This document shows positions 1 through 12,548 of a stretch of 64,000 nucleotides of DNA, piece after piece. Position numbers and translations under genes: made by a program. The stretch's first letter is position 1; every line of letters starts with the position of its first letter. The notes below the pieces were generated by a model that made no database searches, had not been told where the DNA came from, and saw only the letters and a list, made by a program, of their open reading frames with translations. This DNA comes from Flavobacteriales bacterium (lineage in GTDB: Bacteria; Bacteroidota; Bacteroidia; Palsa-965), in contig JBEIPA010000003.1 in assembly GCA_040377305.1 (NCBI GenBank), positions 128,001 to 192,000 on the forward strand, read 5' to 3'.

Positions 1-2
1 CC

Positions 3-401
3 TTGAGGAAAGCGCGTGAAAATATTCACCTGGCCAAAGTTGATGACATTGTAAAGACGTTCAATGTCGATTTTCACGAATGGGATCCTCCACAAGGAAG
101 TGGCACGTTGATCATGAATCCTCCGTATGGCGAGCGTATGGATAAGGACGACATAGCAACGTTCTATAAAGCCATTGGCGATACGCTCAAGAAGAAATAC
201 GCAGGTTATTCTGCGTGGATCATGTCTTCTAATCCGGAAGGTTTTAAGAGTGTAGGTTTGAAGCCAACGCGCCGCATTCATCTGTTTAACGGTCCGCTTG
301 AATGTCGTTTCATGAAATTTGAAATGTATGGCGGATCGAAAAGAACGAAGTTTCAAAATAGAGACGGGGAAAGTGGAACAACCGATGAGGAGTTGAGTTA
401 A
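3..401 (+). CDS. THUMP/RlmL-like class I SAM-dependent RNA methyltransferase, C-terminal part (5'-truncated by window)
   Basis: NPPYGER motif and GLKP..RIHLFNGPLECR C-terminus typical of RlmL/YpsC family. Confidence 0.85.
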   Translation: MRKARENIHLAKVDDIVKTFNVDFHEWDPPQGSGTLIMNPPYGERMDKDDIATFYKAIGDTLKKKYAGYSAWIMSSNPEGFKSVGLKPTRRIHLFNGPLECRFMKFEMYGGSKRTKFQNRDGESGTTDEELS

Positions 402-435
402 TGGGTTCCCCATCCCTTTCAGTATATTTACCTAT

Positions 436-1404
436 ATGAAATCCATTGCACTTTTCACATCAGGAGGCGACGCTCCAGGAATGAATGCTTGTATACGGGC
501 TGTGGTTCGAACAGCATTGCATCATGGCCTCAATGTGCATGGAATCCGATACGGTTATGAAGGAATGATTACCGGTGATATGGTGAAGATGGATGCAAAG
601 TCTGTTGCGAACATTCTCCATCGTGGAGGTACGATACTCAAAACCGCCCGCAGCAAAGAATTTATGACGACGGAAGGAATGAAGAAGGCTGCTGCGAATA
701 TTCAGAAACATCACATTGAGGGAATCATTGCAATTGGTGGAGACGGGACATTCCGAGGGGCACTCGCTTTTCAGGAGTATTGTAATATTCCTTTCATAGG
801 TTGTCCTGGAACAATTGATAATGACCTCGTAGGTAGTGATTGCACCATTGGTTTCGACACCGCAATAAATACAGTGGTAGAAGCGGTCGATAGAATCCGT
901 GACACCGCTGAATCTCATAACCGGATTTTTGTAGTGGAAGTGATGGGGCGCGATGCAGGTTTGATTGCGTTATATAGCGGTATCGGTGTGGGAGCGGAAG
1001 GAATTTTGATTCCGGAATCGAAGAACGATTTAAGCGAAGTGATGACGTTGTTGTCGAAATCGCGCAGAGATAAGAAATCTAAAATTATTATTGTGGCGGA
1101 AGGGGAGGAAGACGGTGGAGCACTTATAGTTTCAGAGAAAATTAAAAAAGCGTTTCCTGAAGCAGATGTGCGTGTTACAATACTCGGACATGTACAGCGA
1201 GGAGGCGCACCAACGTGCATGGAGCGTGTGAATGCCGCTCGAATGGGTTATGAAGCTGTGAATGCGCTCATGCAAGGAAGAAAGATGGAAATGGTGGGTA
1301 TTGTGAATGGAAAAATAGCATTTACTCCTTTTGTTAACGCGGTAAAGCAACACGTTGAACCAGATCCATCTTTGTTAACGATGATTAAAATTCTGGCTTC
1401 TTAA
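436..1404 (+). CDS. pfkA: ATP-dependent 6-phosphofructokinase
   Basis: TSGGDAPGMNA, GGDGT, PGTIDND, EVMGR, LGHVQRGG motifs. Confidence 0.97.
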   Translation: MKSIALFTSGGDAPGMNACIRAVVRTALHHGLNVHGIRYGYEGMITGDMVKMDAKSVANILHRGGTILKTARSKEFMTTEGMKKAAANIQKHHIEGIIAIGGDGTFRGALAFQEYCNIPFIGCPGTIDNDLVGSDCTIGFDTAINTVVEAVDRIRDTAESHNRIFVVEVMGRDAGLIALYSGIGVGAEGILIPESKNDLSEVMTLLSKSRRDKKSKIIIVAEGEEDGGALIVSEKIKKAFPEADVRVTILGHVQRGGAPTCMERVNAARMGYEAVNALMQGRKMEMVGIVNGKIAFTPFVNAVKQHVEPDPSLLTMIKILAS

Positions 1405-1413
1405 AATATCTCT

Positions 1414-2688
1414 GTGAGCAAAACGACACCAGTAGCAAAGAAGAAGACCAAAGAAGTGTTCGTACGCAAAGACACGCTCGCGTTTTGCCCCGTAATGGTT
1501 CAGCTAGGAACCGGTTACGAGTTGCACATGTATCGCAACGCGGAAGACATTGAAGATGAACAGTGGGAGTTGCTGAATCACGACGGTAATCTTTTCACTT
1601 CATTGAAATTTCTGCGGGGACAACAATTCACCGCTCCACCGGAGATGGAATTTATCTACATCATCCTGCGCAAAGGGAAAAAGATAGTTGCGGGCTACAT
1701 TTTTCAGTCGATTCATTTGACAGTAGAAGTATTGACCGATGTACTTGCTCCATTGACAAAACAAAATTCCATTGTTGGTCATATGAGCGATTGGCTCACA
1801 CGCTGTCGCGAAGAAAAAGGAATGCGGGTGCTTATCTGCGGAAATAATTTCATTAGTGGAGAACACGGTGTTCTTACACCGAAGGATTCGAATTCGGCCG
1901 AGGCGTTTACCTTGCTCCCGGAGGTTGTAAAAACCATTGTGCAGAAGGTTACCAGGCCGGTAAAATTTTCAATTATCCTTGTGAAGGATTACTACGCGTC
2001 ACACAAGAAAAAGCCGGAAGTTTTACTTACCAAAAAACGATATCATTCTTTCGCTGTAGAACCAGAGATGGTGTTGAAAATCAACCCGGACTGGGTGCAG
2101 TTTGGTGACTACATGGCGGCGATGTCGAAGAAGTATCGCAACAGAACCAAATCCGTTTTAAAGCATTCTGCACAATTGGTAGAACACCATTTGGATGAAG
2201 AAGGTTTGAGATCGGTGATTAATGACATTTATCCGTTGTACGCGAAAATGCACCAGAAGGCGCGTTTCCGTTTATCAGCACTCACGCCGCACTATTTCGT
2301 GGAAATGAAGCGACTTTTTCCAACCCAGTTCTGTGTGAAAATGTACACTTTAAACGGAAGAGCGGTAGGATTTCGATCGTACTTCCTCAATGGCCATCAA
2401 GTGGAAGCGCATTTTATTGGCGTTGACTACCTGCTCAACAAGGAGCTCGATATTTACAATCGAATTCTTTACGATTTTGTCGATGACACGATTAAGGCGG
2501 GTGGTACCGAACTTCTTCTTGGTCGTACAGCTGCCGAAATCAAGTCTACAATTGGTGCAGTTCCGCAAGATCTTACTTGTTACATCCGTCACCGCAACAG
2601 TTTCTCCAACCAAATGATCCGTCCCTTCATCGATTATCTCAAACCATCGGAATGGACACCACGGAATCCTTTCAAGAACGAGGAGTAA
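1414..2688 (+). CDS. GNAT/FemAB-like fold conserved Bacteroidota protein
   Basis: MSKKYRNR, AHFIGVDY, LGRTAAEIKSTIGA and WTPRNPFK motifs; GTG start. Confidence 0.6.
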   Translation: MSKTTPVAKKKTKEVFVRKDTLAFCPVMVQLGTGYELHMYRNAEDIEDEQWELLNHDGNLFTSLKFLRGQQFTAPPEMEFIYIILRKGKKIVAGYIFQSIHLTVEVLTDVLAPLTKQNSIVGHMSDWLTRCREEKGMRVLICGNNFISGEHGVLTPKDSNSAEAFTLLPEVVKTIVQKVTRPVKFSIILVKDYYASHKKKPEVLLTKKRYHSFAVEPEMVLKINPDWVQFGDYMAAMSKKYRNRTKSVLKHSAQLVEHHLDEEGLRSVINDIYPLYAKMHQKARFRLSALTPHYFVEMKRLFPTQFCVKMYTLNGRAVGFRSYFLNGHQVEAHFIGVDYLLNKELDIYNRILYDFVDDTIKAGGTELLLGRTAAEIKSTIGAVPQDLTCYIRHRNSFSNQMIRPFIDYLKPSEWTPRNPFKNEE

Positions 2689-2806
2689 TCGCCGCCATTT
2701 CTGCATTAATCTGAGCGCGTAAGTATTCTGACGTATTTCCTTGTAAAAAGAGGTTGGAAAAGCTATTTTTATAGCATACACACCTCTATCCCTTAACCGG
2801 AAAAAT

Positions 2807-5800
2807 ATGGTTAGAATAAACTACTTCGCCGCGCTCATTTCTTTATTCGTTTCGGTCTCTTTGTTCGCACAACAAGGTGTTCACGGTCCACGCACTGTAA
2901 ACGCAGCGAATACCATCGTCAACGAGTATACTTCCCTAACGGCAAGTGTTGCATCAGGATCAACCTCGATCACTGTGGCGAACAGTACACTCAATGCCAA
3001 TGGACGTTTCGCAACGGCACTTCAACCTGGAGATTTGATCATGATTTATCAGGTACAAGGCGTGTTCTTTCTACACGGTGGATTTGTCGGCCCCTCGGAT
3101 ACAACGTGGGGAAAGATTCCGAACCCGTGGGATTATCAGCAATGCGGGTTGTATGAGTTTGCTCAGGTAAGTTCTGTCCCGAACGCTACAACAATCAACG
3201 TTGATTGCGGATTGATCAATTCTTACAACCATGATCTCGTACCAGCTGTCCCTTTTAATGCATTGGAAAAGGTAATTGTTGTTCGCGTGCCGAGATATAC
3301 TTCGCTTACAGTTAACGCTGGCGGAGTGCTCACCTGTGACGACTGGAATGGCACAACGGGCGGCATATTAGCCGTGGAAGTGCAGGGAACCACTACTATA
3401 AACGCGGGTGGTATTATTGATGCGACCGGTAAAGGTTTTCGTGGTGGATCACTGGTAGGAGACAATGTCACAGCGTTTGGGGTTAACACAACCTATTCAA
3501 TGAATAATTCACTGGGCGCAGAGAAAGGCGAGGGCGTTGCTGGCTATCAGAGCGAACTTGACGTTTTTGGTGGACGGTATTGCCGTGCACCGGCAGTGAA
3601 TGGTGGAGGAGGCGGAGATGGGCATAATGCAGGAGGTGGCGGAGGAGCTAATGCACCGAACTCCACCAGTGGCGCTGCCATCTGGAGTGGCAATGGAATT
3701 CCGGATCAATCAGTTGGAGGATGGACAACCGCATGGTCAATTGAACCACCGGCGGGTACAATGAACCTTCGCACAACTGCAAATTCAGCAGGCGGCGGTC
3801 GCGGAGGATATTCTTTTTCTGGATCAAATCAGAATGCGGCTGCAGTTCCTCCTGGGAATGCGGCATGGGGTGGAGACGCAAGAAATCATCAGGCGACCGG
3901 ACTGGGCGGGCGACCATTGAGCAACATGAATGGCCGTGTGTATTTTGGTGGAGGTGGAGGAGCTGGCGATCAGAATCAATCAGGTGGGGGTGTAGGGGGT
4001 GATGGAGGTGGTTTAATTTACATGATGTGTTTCGGTGCTGTAAACGGTAGTGGAACTATAGTCTCGAACGGTGGCAATGGCGCCAATGGACAAGGCGGAA
4101 CCGGAGTGATAACTGGAATCGATGCCGGAGGTGGTGGCGGTGCCGGTGGGTCAATTCTTATTAACGCAATAGGAGGAGTCGCAAACACAATTACGGTTAC
4201 TACGAATGGTGGTAATGGAGGAAATCAGGTAATCAACCTGCCATTCAGCACCAATGAAGGGGAAGGTCCAGGAGGCGGTGGCGGTGGTGGATATATTGCA
4301 GTATCGTCCGGTGCACCCACCCGAAATTCTAATGGCGGAAACAACGGTACAACGAATTCCGCCGGTGTTACCGAATTCATTCCGAACGGCGCAACTCGCG
4401 GTTGCCCAGGTACGAATAACGCCCTCGTTCTTAATTACGATATTACCTTAACGAATCAAACTATTTGTGCTGGACAGTCGGTTACAATTACACCCGTTAT
4501 CACGGGTACACCGCCTTTCGGTTATGTACTCAACTATTACAATGCTTCAACTGGTGGTGTTCCATTTGCTTCCGGAACTAGCTACACTACGCCAGCGCTA
4601 GCAGTTGGTACATACACGTATTGGGTTGGTACTTGTGGTGGTTTCTGGAGAGAATCTGTTACGATCACAGTGGTTGGTGCACCAACTGTTACTTCAAGTG
4701 CAACAACGAATCCGATTTGCAGCGGACAGTCTACAACGCTCACAGCGGGTGGAACCGCTACTACTTACGTATGGAATCCTGGAAATATTGCTGGCACTTC
4801 TGTCAGTGTAAGCCCAACGACGACAACAACGTACACAGTTACCGGAACATTAATGCCGGGCGGATGTACAAATACATCGGTGATTACAGTTACCGTTAAT
4901 CCAACTCCAACCGTGACTGCAACTGCTTCTACGGTTACAATTTGCAACGGACAGTCTGTAACACTTACTGGGGGCGGCGCCACGTCATACGTTTGGAATC
5001 CGGGTAACATTTCAGGAAGTCCAATTAGTGTTTCTCCAACTGGAAATACAACTTACACTGTAACCGGAACAAGCTTAGGCTGTAGTAGCACTGCACAAGT
5101 TGCAATTACAGTGAATCCTACTCCAACAGTAACCGCATCAGCGGGCACAAATCCTATTTGCGCTGGTAACAGTACAACACTTACAGGTGGTGGAGCATCG
5201 ACTTACGTATGGAATCCTGGAAACCTCCCAGGAAGTCCGATAAGTGTTTCTCCTTCCGGTACACAAACGTATACGGTTACAGGAACAGCGGCGAACGGTT
5301 GTACAAACACCGGCCAGATAACAGTTACAGTTACACCTACACCTACTGTTACTGCATCAGCTTCAACGCTTACAATTTGTAATGGCGGATCAACAACACT
5401 CACCGGTGGAGGCGCAACGTCTTACGTATGGAATCCAGGAAACATTTCCGGGAGTCCAATCAGTGTTTCTCCAACAGGAAATACAACTTACACAGTTACC
5501 GGAACAACCAGTGGATGCAGCGGAACTGCACAAGTAGCAATCACTGTCAATCCAACTCCGACGGTTACATCAACTGCCGGAACTAATCCGATTTGCGCAG
5601 GCGCTTCTACAACGCTTACAGGTAATGGTGCAACTTCCTATGTCTGGAATCCGGGTTCATTACCAGGCTCGCCTATTTCAGTTACACCAGCAACTACCAC
5701 TACATACACAGTTACAGGTACAGGTGCAAATGGATGTACGTCCAACTCGCAAATCACAGTTACCGTAAATCCATTACCTACAGTAACATCTACTGCAGGA

Positions 5801-8800
5801 ACAAATCCAATTTGTGTTGGCGGTTCCACAACTTTAACCGGTGGTGGCGCATCAACGTATGTTTGGAATCCGGGAAGTATTCCGGGAAGTCCAATTAACG
5901 TTGCTCCAGGTTCAACTCAAACATACACGGTAACCGGAACTGATGGTAACGGTTGTACGAACTCATCACAGATTACAGTTACTGTTGTTCCTACACCTAC
6001 GGTAACCGCAAGTGCGAATACAAATCCAATTTGTGCAGGATCACCAACTACTTTAACTGCAGTTGGTGCGACGACTTACAACTGGATGCCGGGTAACCTG
6101 AGCGGAAATTCAATAACCGTTTCACCGGGTGCTACAACATCTTATACTGTTACGGGAACGAGCGGAACCTGTACTTCTTCTTTTGTAATTACCGTTACGG
6201 TGAATCCAACGCCGGTTGTTTCATCCTCTGTGGGAACAAATCCAATTTGTGCAGGTGCTTCAACTTCACTGAGTGCAAGTGGTGCTGTAACCTACGTTTG
6301 GAATCCGGGTTCATTACCGGGCTCACCGGTTTCAGTAACTCCTGCGTTAACTACAACTTATACCGTTACAGGAACAGACGCAAACGGATGTACTTCTACA
6401 TCACAGATTACAGTCACTGTAAATCCAGTGCCAACAGTTACCGCTACACCACCATCTGCCACAATTTGCGCGGGATCAAGTGTAACGATTAACATGACTG
6501 GTGCTGCTTCGTACAGCTGGCTGCCGGGACCACTTGCCGGATCTTCGCAAACATTGAGTCCCGCTTCAACAACCACGTATACAATTACGGGTACTGGTGC
6601 GAATGGTTGTACAGACACTGCGCAAGTAATGGTTACAGTTAATACGTTACCAACGGTTACGGCAACTTCAGCTCCGACAACAATTTGTGCGGGTCAATCT
6701 GCAACACTTTCAGCTGGCGGTGCTTCAACGTATGAGTGGAATCCGGGTTCTTTGCCAGGTTCTTCAGTGAGCGTTACTCCTGCTTCAACGACTACTTACA
6801 CATTGACGGGAACAGACGCGAATGGATGTTCAGACACGGCACAAGTTACCGTAATTGTGAATCCACTTCCGGTTCCAACGGTAGCGGCAACGCCGAACAC
6901 ACTTTGTTTGGGCGATACTGTCCAACTTTCTGCGGGAGGTGGATCTGTATACACATGGAACGGCGGAACACTTTCGAATGCATCCGGTGCAAATCAAATT
7001 GACACACCTTCGGTTACTACAACATATTCTGTAGTGGTGACCGATGGAAATGGTTGTGTTGATTCAACTACGGTAGCTGTAACTGTGAATCCGCTTCCGA
7101 CTGCTGATGCAGGATTGGATCAAACAGTTTGCGCGGGTACTACGATCACTATTACAGGTAACGGTGGAATCACTTACACCTGGAACGGCGGTGCGCTCAC
7201 AAATGCAAACGGATCATCACAATCTGATACGCCTCCACTCACTACCGATTATGAATTGACTGTAAGTGATGTGAACGGATGTACTGATCGTGATACAGTG
7301 ACGATTAACGTGAATGCACTTCCTATCGTTGGTGCCGGACCCGATGTTCAGATTTGCATCAACAGTTCAACACTACTCAATGGTAGCGGAGGAACATCTT
7401 ACGTTTGGACACCTGCAGGCAGCTTAGATGATGATTCAATTGCATCGCCAACTGCGTCCCCAGTTGTGACAACGACGTACGTTGTTGTTGGGACAGATAA
7501 CAATGGATGTTCAGATGATGACACAGTTGTTGTAACAATCGGCAATAACCTCACGGTGTTTGCGAGCAACGACATCACCATTTGTCCTGGCGATACTGCG
7601 GTACTAACTATTGTTGGTGGAACAATCTGGAGCTGGTCACCAGCGGCAACACTTGATCAGCCGGCAAATGATAGCACGAATGCATTCCCGACATCAACCA
7701 CAACATACACGGTGAACGTGCAGGATGCGAATGGTTGTCTTGGATTGGATTCAGTAACGGTATTTATCAACTCAAGTGTTGGCTTATCGGTTACAGGCGC
7801 TGCAACTATTTGCATCGGTCAATCGACATCGATCAATGCAACACCAAGTGGTGGAACAGGCCCATACACATACACGTGGGATAACAGCTTAACGGGCGCG
7901 GGTCCTCACATTGTTTCTCCAACGGTAACTACAACATACAATGTATTTGTGACCGATTCAATCGGATGTAATTCACAAACGCAGAGTGTTGTCGTAACAG
8001 TAAACCCAGCGTTGACTTTGAATACGATCACTCCTGTATCAGCCTGCGTAGGCGGAACGGCGAACCTAACAGCATCTGGTAGTGGTGGCGACAACAACTT
8101 AACGTACACATGGTATCCGGGAGCACTGACCGGAGCATCGCAAACAGTTACTGTGAATGCAACACAAACGTACACGGTGATTCTTACTGATGGATGCGGA
8201 ACTCCTGCAGATACCCAAGTGGTAACTGTAACCGCAAATCAACCTCCAACGGTTTCCTTGACTTCTGATGTGAACACAGGTTGTGCTCAGTTGTGTGTAA
8301 ACTTTACAGGAACTTCTTCCGGATCTTGTGCGGCTTCAGCCTGGGATTTCGGTGATGGAGGTAACGCTTCTACAGCAAATGCAACCTACTGTTACAACGT
8401 AGCAGGTGTGTACGACGTAATTTATAGCTGTACAGATGCGAATGGTTGCGTAGGATTTGATACGGTTGTAGGAATGATAACAGTAACTCCAGATCCAACA
8501 GCCGCAATGTCCATACCGAACGTAACAGTTCAGTTGAATGGTGGACAAGCAACGGTGTGTGTTACTGATCAATCAACAGGAGCAACTTCCTGGAGTTACC
8601 AGTTGAACGAGCCTAATGGAACCCAGTCGAGCACATTGCAGAATCCGTGCTTCACAGTAACAGATACCGGAGCGTATTCAATTTGGTTGACCACACAAAA
8701 TGCAAATGGTTGTGTGGATTACGACTCGCTTGTATTCTTTGTAGATTGGCCATGCACCGATCTGTTCGTACCAAGCGCATTCTCGCCAAACGGCGATGGA

Positions 8801-9028
8801 ATGAACGATACGTTCTACGTTTACGGAAATTGTATCTCCTTCATGCAACTGGAAATTTATAGTCGCTGGGGCGAGCAAGTGTTCATCTCAACAACTCCTG
8901 CGAATGGTTGGGACGGAACATGGCGAGGGAAAGATTGTGAGGCGGCCATATTCACTTACGTCTTACGAGGGCAGATGGACGATGGAACACCTCTCGAAAT
9001 GCAAGGAAACATTACACTCACCCGATAA
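2807..9028 (+). CDS. Large T9SS type-B cargo adhesin: Gly-rich N-terminal domain, many ~73-aa Ig-like repeats, PKD domain, gliding-motility (CHU_C) C-terminal domain
   Basis: Signal peptide; repeated ICxGxSTTLT..[15 protein letters not shown] units; C-terminal [14 protein letters not shown]...IYSRWGE; followed by PorP/SprF gene. Confidence 0.9.
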   Translation: MVRINYFAALISLFVSVSLFAQQGVHGPRTVNAANTIVNEYTSLTASVASGSTSITVANSTLNANGRFATALQPGDLIMIYQVQGVFFLHGGFVGPSDTTWGKIPNPWDYQQCGLYEFAQVSSVPNATTINVDCGLINSYNHDLVPAVPFNALEKVIVVRVPRYTSLTVNAGGVLTCDDWNGTTGGILAVEVQGTTTINAGGIIDATGKGFRGGSLVGDNVTAFGVNTTYSMNNSLGAEKGEGVAGYQSELDVFGGRYCRAPAVNGGGGGDGHNAGGGGGANAPNSTSGAAIWSGNGIPDQSVGGWTTAWSIEPPAGTMNLRTTANSAGGGRGGYSFSGSNQNAAAVPPGNAAWGGDARNHQATGLGGRPLSNMNGRVYFGGGGGAGDQNQSGGGVGGDGGGLIYMMCFGAVNGSGTIVSNGGNGANGQGGTGVITGIDAGGGGGAGGSILINAIGGVANTITVTTNGGNGGNQVINLPFSTNEGEGPGGGGGGGYIAVSSGAPTRNSNGGNNGTTNSAGVTEFIPNGATRGCPGTNNALVLNYDITLTNQTICAGQSVTITPVITGTPPFGYVLNYYNASTGGVPFASGTSYTTPALAVGTYTYWVGTCGGFWRESVTITVVGAPTVTSSATTNPICSGQSTTLTAGGTATTYVWNPGNIAGTSVSVSPTTTTTYTVTGTLMPGGCTNTSVITVTVNPTPTVTATASTVTICNGQSVTLTGGGATSYVWNPGNISGSPISVSPTGNTTYTVTGTSLGCSSTAQVAITVNPTPTVTASAGTNPICAGNSTTLTGGGASTYVWNPGNLPGSPISVSPSGTQTYTVTGTAANGCTNTGQITVTVTPTPTVTASASTLTICNGGSTTLTGGGATSYVWNPGNISGSPISVSPTGNTTYTVTGTTSGCSGTAQVAITVNPTPTVTSTAGTNPICAGASTTLTGNGATSYVWNPGSLPGSPISVTPATTTTYTVTGTGANGCTSNSQITVTVNPLPTVTSTAGTNPICVGGSTTLTGGGASTYVWNPGSIPGSPINVAPGSTQTYTVTGTDGNGCTNSSQITVTVVPTPTVTASANTNPICAGSPTTLTAVGATTYNWMPGNLSGNSITVSPGATTSYTVTGTSGTCTSSFVITVTVNPTPVVSSSVGTNPICAGASTSLSASGAVTYVWNPGSLPGSPVSVTPALTTTYTVTGTDANGCTSTSQITVTVNPVPTVTATPPSATICAGSSVTINMTGAASYSWLPGPLAGSSQTLSPASTTTYTITGTGANGCTDTAQVMVTVNTLPTVTATSAPTTICAGQSATLSAGGASTYEWNPGSLPGSSVSVTPASTTTYTLTGTDANGCSDTAQVTVIVNPLPVPTVAATPNTLCLGDTVQLSAGGGSVYTWNGGTLSNASGANQIDTPSVTTTYSVVVTDGNGCVDSTTVAVTVNPLPTADAGLDQTVCAGTTITITGNGGITYTWNGGALTNANGSSQSDTPPLTTDYELTVSDVNGCTDRDTVTINVNALPIVGAGPDVQICINSSTLLNGSGGTSYVWTPAGSLDDDSIASPTASPVVTTTYVVVGTDNNGCSDDDTVVVTIGNNLTVFASNDITICPGDTAVLTIVGGTIWSWSPAATLDQPANDSTNAFPTSTTTYTVNVQDANGCLGLDSVTVFINSSVGLSVTGAATICIGQSTSINATPSGGTGPYTYTWDNSLTGAGPHIVSPTVTTTYNVFVTDSIGCNSQTQSVVVTVNPALTLNTITPVSACVGGTANLTASGSGGDNNLTYTWYPGALTGASQTVTVNATQTYTVILTDGCGTPADTQVVTVTANQPPTVSLTSDVNTGCAQLCVNFTGTSSGSCAASAWDFGDGGNASTANATYCYNVAGVYDVIYSCTDANGCVGFDTVVGMITVTPDPTAAMSIPNVTVQLNGGQATVCVTDQSTGATSWSYQLNEPNGTQSSTLQNPCFTVTDTGAYSIWLTTQNANGCVDYDSLVFFVDWPCTDLFVPSAFSPNGDGMNDTFYVYGNCISFMQLEIYSRWGEQVFISTTPANGWDGTWRGKDCEAAIFTYVLRGQMDDGTPLEMQGNITLTR

Positions 9029-9040
9029 CAACGTACGACC

Positions 9041-10078
9041 ATGAAGATGAAAAATATTCTTTCGGCTTTAGCAGTTCTTGGTGCGGTAACGTTATCGGCA
9101 CAGGATATACACTTTTCTCAAACCACGGAGACTCCGCTCTTGTTAAATCCTTCGCAAGCAGGTTTAGGCATTGATGTGCGGGCTCACGTGAATTACAAAG
9201 ATCAGTGGAGAAGTGTAGTAAGTGCTCCTTACAAAACGATTAACGCTGGTGCAGATTTCGCATTGCTGAAACGCAATGGCGGAACGCACATGGGAATTGG
9301 CGTGAATCTGTTCAACGACAAAGCCGGCGATTCGAAAATGACTACGTCAATGGGTCAGCTTCACTTATCGGGCGTGGTAGCATTGAATAGCAACAATTTG
9401 CTTTCTGTAGGATTAGTTGCAGGTTACGCTCAGCGCAGCCTGAATAATTCTGAACTCACCTGGGGTAATCAATATGATGGCCAGCAGTACAATCCCGGAT
9501 CAGCATCGGGTGAACCGGCAAATTTCGCCAGCTTCAATTATTTGGATGTGGGTGCGGGCGTGTCCTGGTTCTTCGCAACCGGAAGTTCGAATCTGAGTTC
9601 AAAGGATGCGAAAATTTTCAATATCGGATTCAGCGTTCTGCACATCAACAAGCCGCAGTACAGTTTCTATGGTCAGAGTGATTCGAAATTGCCAATGAAA
9701 ATTGTTGCGCATGGTAACGCGTCCATCGGTCTTCGGAACACGAATCTCATTCTTGAACCATCGTACTTCGTGGCAATTCAAGCCGGGCATCGTGAAATTA
9801 TTCCGGGCTGTATGGCGAAATACATTTTCGGACAAAGTTCGCTGTATACTGATCGCAAGAAATCTTCAGCATTATCCTACGGATTATTTTTCCGCGTAGG
9901 CGATGCCATCGTACCGATGTTGCGTTATGAGTTTTCGTATTACTCCATCGCTGCAAGTTATGATGTTAACGTTTCAGGACTTACTGCAGCCAGCAGAGCA
10001 CGTGGTGGATTTGAAATGTCTTTGCGTTACATGATTCCAAATGCGTTCGGACAGAAAACATCACGCAGCTTAATTTAA
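9041..10078 (+). CDS. PorP/SprF family T9SS outer-membrane beta-barrel
   Basis: AQDIHFSQ...LLNPSQAG, YKDQW, SYDVNVSGL...GGFEMSL. Confidence 0.92.
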   Translation: MKMKNILSALAVLGAVTLSAQDIHFSQTTETPLLLNPSQAGLGIDVRAHVNYKDQWRSVVSAPYKTINAGADFALLKRNGGTHMGIGVNLFNDKAGDSKMTTSMGQLHLSGVVALNSNNLLSVGLVAGYAQRSLNNSELTWGNQYDGQQYNPGSASGEPANFASFNYLDVGAGVSWFFATGSSNLSSKDAKIFNIGFSVLHINKPQYSFYGQSDSKLPMKIVAHGNASIGLRNTNLILEPSYFVAIQAGHREIIPGCMAKYIFGQSSLYTDRKKSSALSYGLFFRVGDAIVPMLRYEFSYYSIAASYDVNVSGLTAASRARGGFEMSLRYMIPNAFGQKTSRSLI

Positions 10079-10090
10079 TACCACGACTTT

Positions 10091-11740
10091 ATGAAACTAT
10101 TTCCGCTGATTGCATTTTCATTTTTCTCGCTTGCCGTACAAGCACAGGCTGATGTTGCTGGTTATGGAGGAGGTACTTGTACGAATTGTCCATCGGTACT
10201 GGATGGCAGCACTGTATTGGGACCGACTTACAGTAGGGATACTTGTGGATTGAACTATGTTACAGTTTCTCAAAAAATAGGACAGCGATTTACTCCAGCA
10301 GGCGCACCGCAACCGTGTACGCTTAGTGTTTCCGGTTTACCGACATGTTGTGTAATTGAGAGAGCGTATCTCTGGGCCGATGCATCAGGAACAGGAGCTG
10401 CAGTGAGTGCGACTATTGTGAATCCAAGTTCCGTGAGCAATTCGTATCCGATGACATTGATTGGTACTGATATCGATAAATGCTGGAGCTATCCGCAAAC
10501 CGATTCGTATCGTGCAGATGTAACGGGTGCGATTGCAGGCAATGGAAATTATGTATTCTCCGGTTTTCCGGTTTCATCTCCTGTAGACATTGACGGAATC
10601 ACGATGATGATTATTTACCGCGATCCGACTGCAACATATGAAGGCCACATCAATATTTGGGATGGAGCAGTTGTGATTGCAGGTGGAACCACATCGCAAA
10701 CGATCACCGGATTAAATCCATGTGCTAACTCCGTAAACCAGCGTGCATTTATGCAGGTTGCCGATTTGCAAGGACTAGGCGCTCTCATTTCAATGAATGG
10801 AGGTACACCGTTTGCAATTACAGAAGACTGGTGGAATTATATTGATCAACCAACAACGGCATTCACACCTGGACCAACCACATCTAACTTTCAGGTTGTT
10901 TCTTCCGGCGACTGTTACAACTTCATGATGATGGGAGTTTATTACCAGACCACTACGTGTAACGTCTGCACACCGCAAACTGCTGGTAACATCAATCTGA
11001 ATTCAACAGGCACGGGAACTTGTGCACCGAATAGCGGAGTGGCAACAACAAATCCCACAGGTGGAGTTGCGCCTTATACGTACAACTGGCAACCGGGTGG
11101 TGGAACAACACAAACCATCACAGGGCTTGCGCCGGGATCGTATACGGTTACCGTTATGGATGCAACGGGCTGTTCTGTTTCTACGGATACTGTTGTTGTT
11201 CCCGTTGGAGTTCCACCTAATGCGCAGTTTGCACTATCACCATATCCTACCGCTGCTTTCCCGGGACAATTGTGCATGGTTGATCAGACGGTCGGAGGTG
11301 CAACCTGGAATTGGGTAATCAACGGTGTTCCTTCATCAACAGCATCATCTTATTGTTACACCATTCCCGATACGAATGGCATCTGTGTTACTCTTTTTGT
11401 TCAGGACACATTGGGCTGTGGAGATTCAACAACCTTGTGTGTAACGATAATGGGAGAATCCATTATCACCATGCCGAATGTATTCACTCCGAATGGTGAT
11501 AATACAAACGACTCACTCGTTGCAACCTGGATTAATCTTACAAGTCTCGACTGTGAAATTTACGATCGCTGGGGCGTACTGATTTACCATTGGAATGCGC
11601 TCAACGGTGGGTGGGACGGCAAAACCGACAGCGGAAAAGAAGCAACCGATGGTGTGTATTATTACATCTGCACGGCTGTAACTACACAAGGTGAAGTGAG
11701 AAAATTATCCGGATTTGTTCATCTTATCCGATCGAAGTAA
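10091..11740 (+). CDS. T9SS type-B cargo protein (SprB-like repeat, PKD-like region, CHU_C CTD)
   Basis: Signal peptide; GGVAPYTYNW..ITGLAPGSYTVTV; MPNVFTPNGDNTND..IYDRWG. Confidence 0.85.
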   Translation: MKLFPLIAFSFFSLAVQAQADVAGYGGGTCTNCPSVLDGSTVLGPTYSRDTCGLNYVTVSQKIGQRFTPAGAPQPCTLSVSGLPTCCVIERAYLWADASGTGAAVSATIVNPSSVSNSYPMTLIGTDIDKCWSYPQTDSYRADVTGAIAGNGNYVFSGFPVSSPVDIDGITMMIIYRDPTATYEGHINIWDGAVVIAGGTTSQTITGLNPCANSVNQRAFMQVADLQGLGALISMNGGTPFAITEDWWNYIDQPTTAFTPGPTTSNFQVVSSGDCYNFMMMGVYYQTTTCNVCTPQTAGNINLNSTGTGTCAPNSGVATTNPTGGVAPYTYNWQPGGGTTQTITGLAPGSYTVTVMDATGCSVSTDTVVVPVGVPPNAQFALSPYPTAAFPGQLCMVDQTVGGATWNWVINGVPSSTASSYCYTIPDTNGICVTLFVQDTLGCGDSTTLCVTIMGESIITMPNVFTPNGDNTNDSLVATWINLTSLDCEIYDRWGVLIYHWNALNGGWDGKTDSGKEATDGVYYYICTAVTTQGEVRKLSGFVHLIRSK

Positions 11741-11827
11741 CAATTTTCTAAAGTTGTCTCAAGACGATACCTGAACAATATTCAGAAGCGTGATACGTTT
11801 CGCGAATGGTAAACAGTGGTGAGCTTG

Positions 11828-12364
11828 CTACTGCTTAACTGTAGTTTTAGGTCGTCCGCCCTTGTAAAAGTACTTGGTATAGTACGCTTCATCCAAACAG
11901 CTGATCACAACGCCCCGGCTACTGGAAGCGTGGACAAATCTGCGGTTCTGCAGATACACACCCACGTGTGAAACCTTGTCGCTGTTGATCTTGAAGAAAA
12001 CCAAATCGCCCTGCTGAAGATTTTTTTCACTCACCGATTCACAAGCTTCATACATGGAATTTGCAGAGCCAGCTAAACTGATTCCGTATACTTCACGCAA
12101 TAGGTTGCTTGTAAATCCGGAACAATCGACGCCGGTTTTTGTTTTGCCACCATACTTGTATGGCGTTGCGTACCACTCGTCCACAAATCGATAGAGTTTA
12201 AGGTTGGTAATTTCCTTCTCTTCAACCTTAACTAATGCGGCATATTTCTTCCGCAATGCAATGTCGGCATCCGAAAGTTTTTCACCCGCGGTATGTTTCG
12301 ACCCTTTGCAGGATCCCAAAAACACCAGAAAAACGATTAAAAACGAAGATTTCAGCGACTTCAT
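11828..12364 (-). CDS. NlpC/P60 (C40) peptidoglycan endopeptidase lipoprotein
   Basis: Lipobox LGSC; PYKYGG..GVDCSGF, GDLVFF, HVGVY, FVHASSSRGV. Confidence 0.93.
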   Translation of the reverse strand: MKSLKSSFLIVFLVFLGSCKGSKHTAGEKLSDADIALRKKYAALVKVEEKEITNLKLYRFVDEWYATPYKYGGKTKTGVDCSGFTSNLLREVYGISLAGSANSMYEACESVSEKNLQQGDLVFFKINSDKVSHVGVYLQNRRFVHASSSRGVVISCLDEAYYTKYFYKGGRPKTTVKQ

Positions 12365-12548
12365 GGTATATTAAAATTAGCCCACTGCTAACGCCTATTC
12401 CGACAGCAGCGCTCTAACTTCTCAAGTATAACGTGTTGAAAATCTGAACATTGTATTTTGCCCAAAGATTCGTATTTTTGAGAGATTTGGCGGGTTCCTG
12501 CATTCTCTGATTGTGTCAGATTGGCGCGGACTTTGCCTATTCCGGATT

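Noticed and set aside
12488-12538. Possible riboswitch in the YfiR-gene leader
   Set aside because: Only a weak GU-rich stem and a 5-bp inner hairpin; no recognisable aptamer consensus
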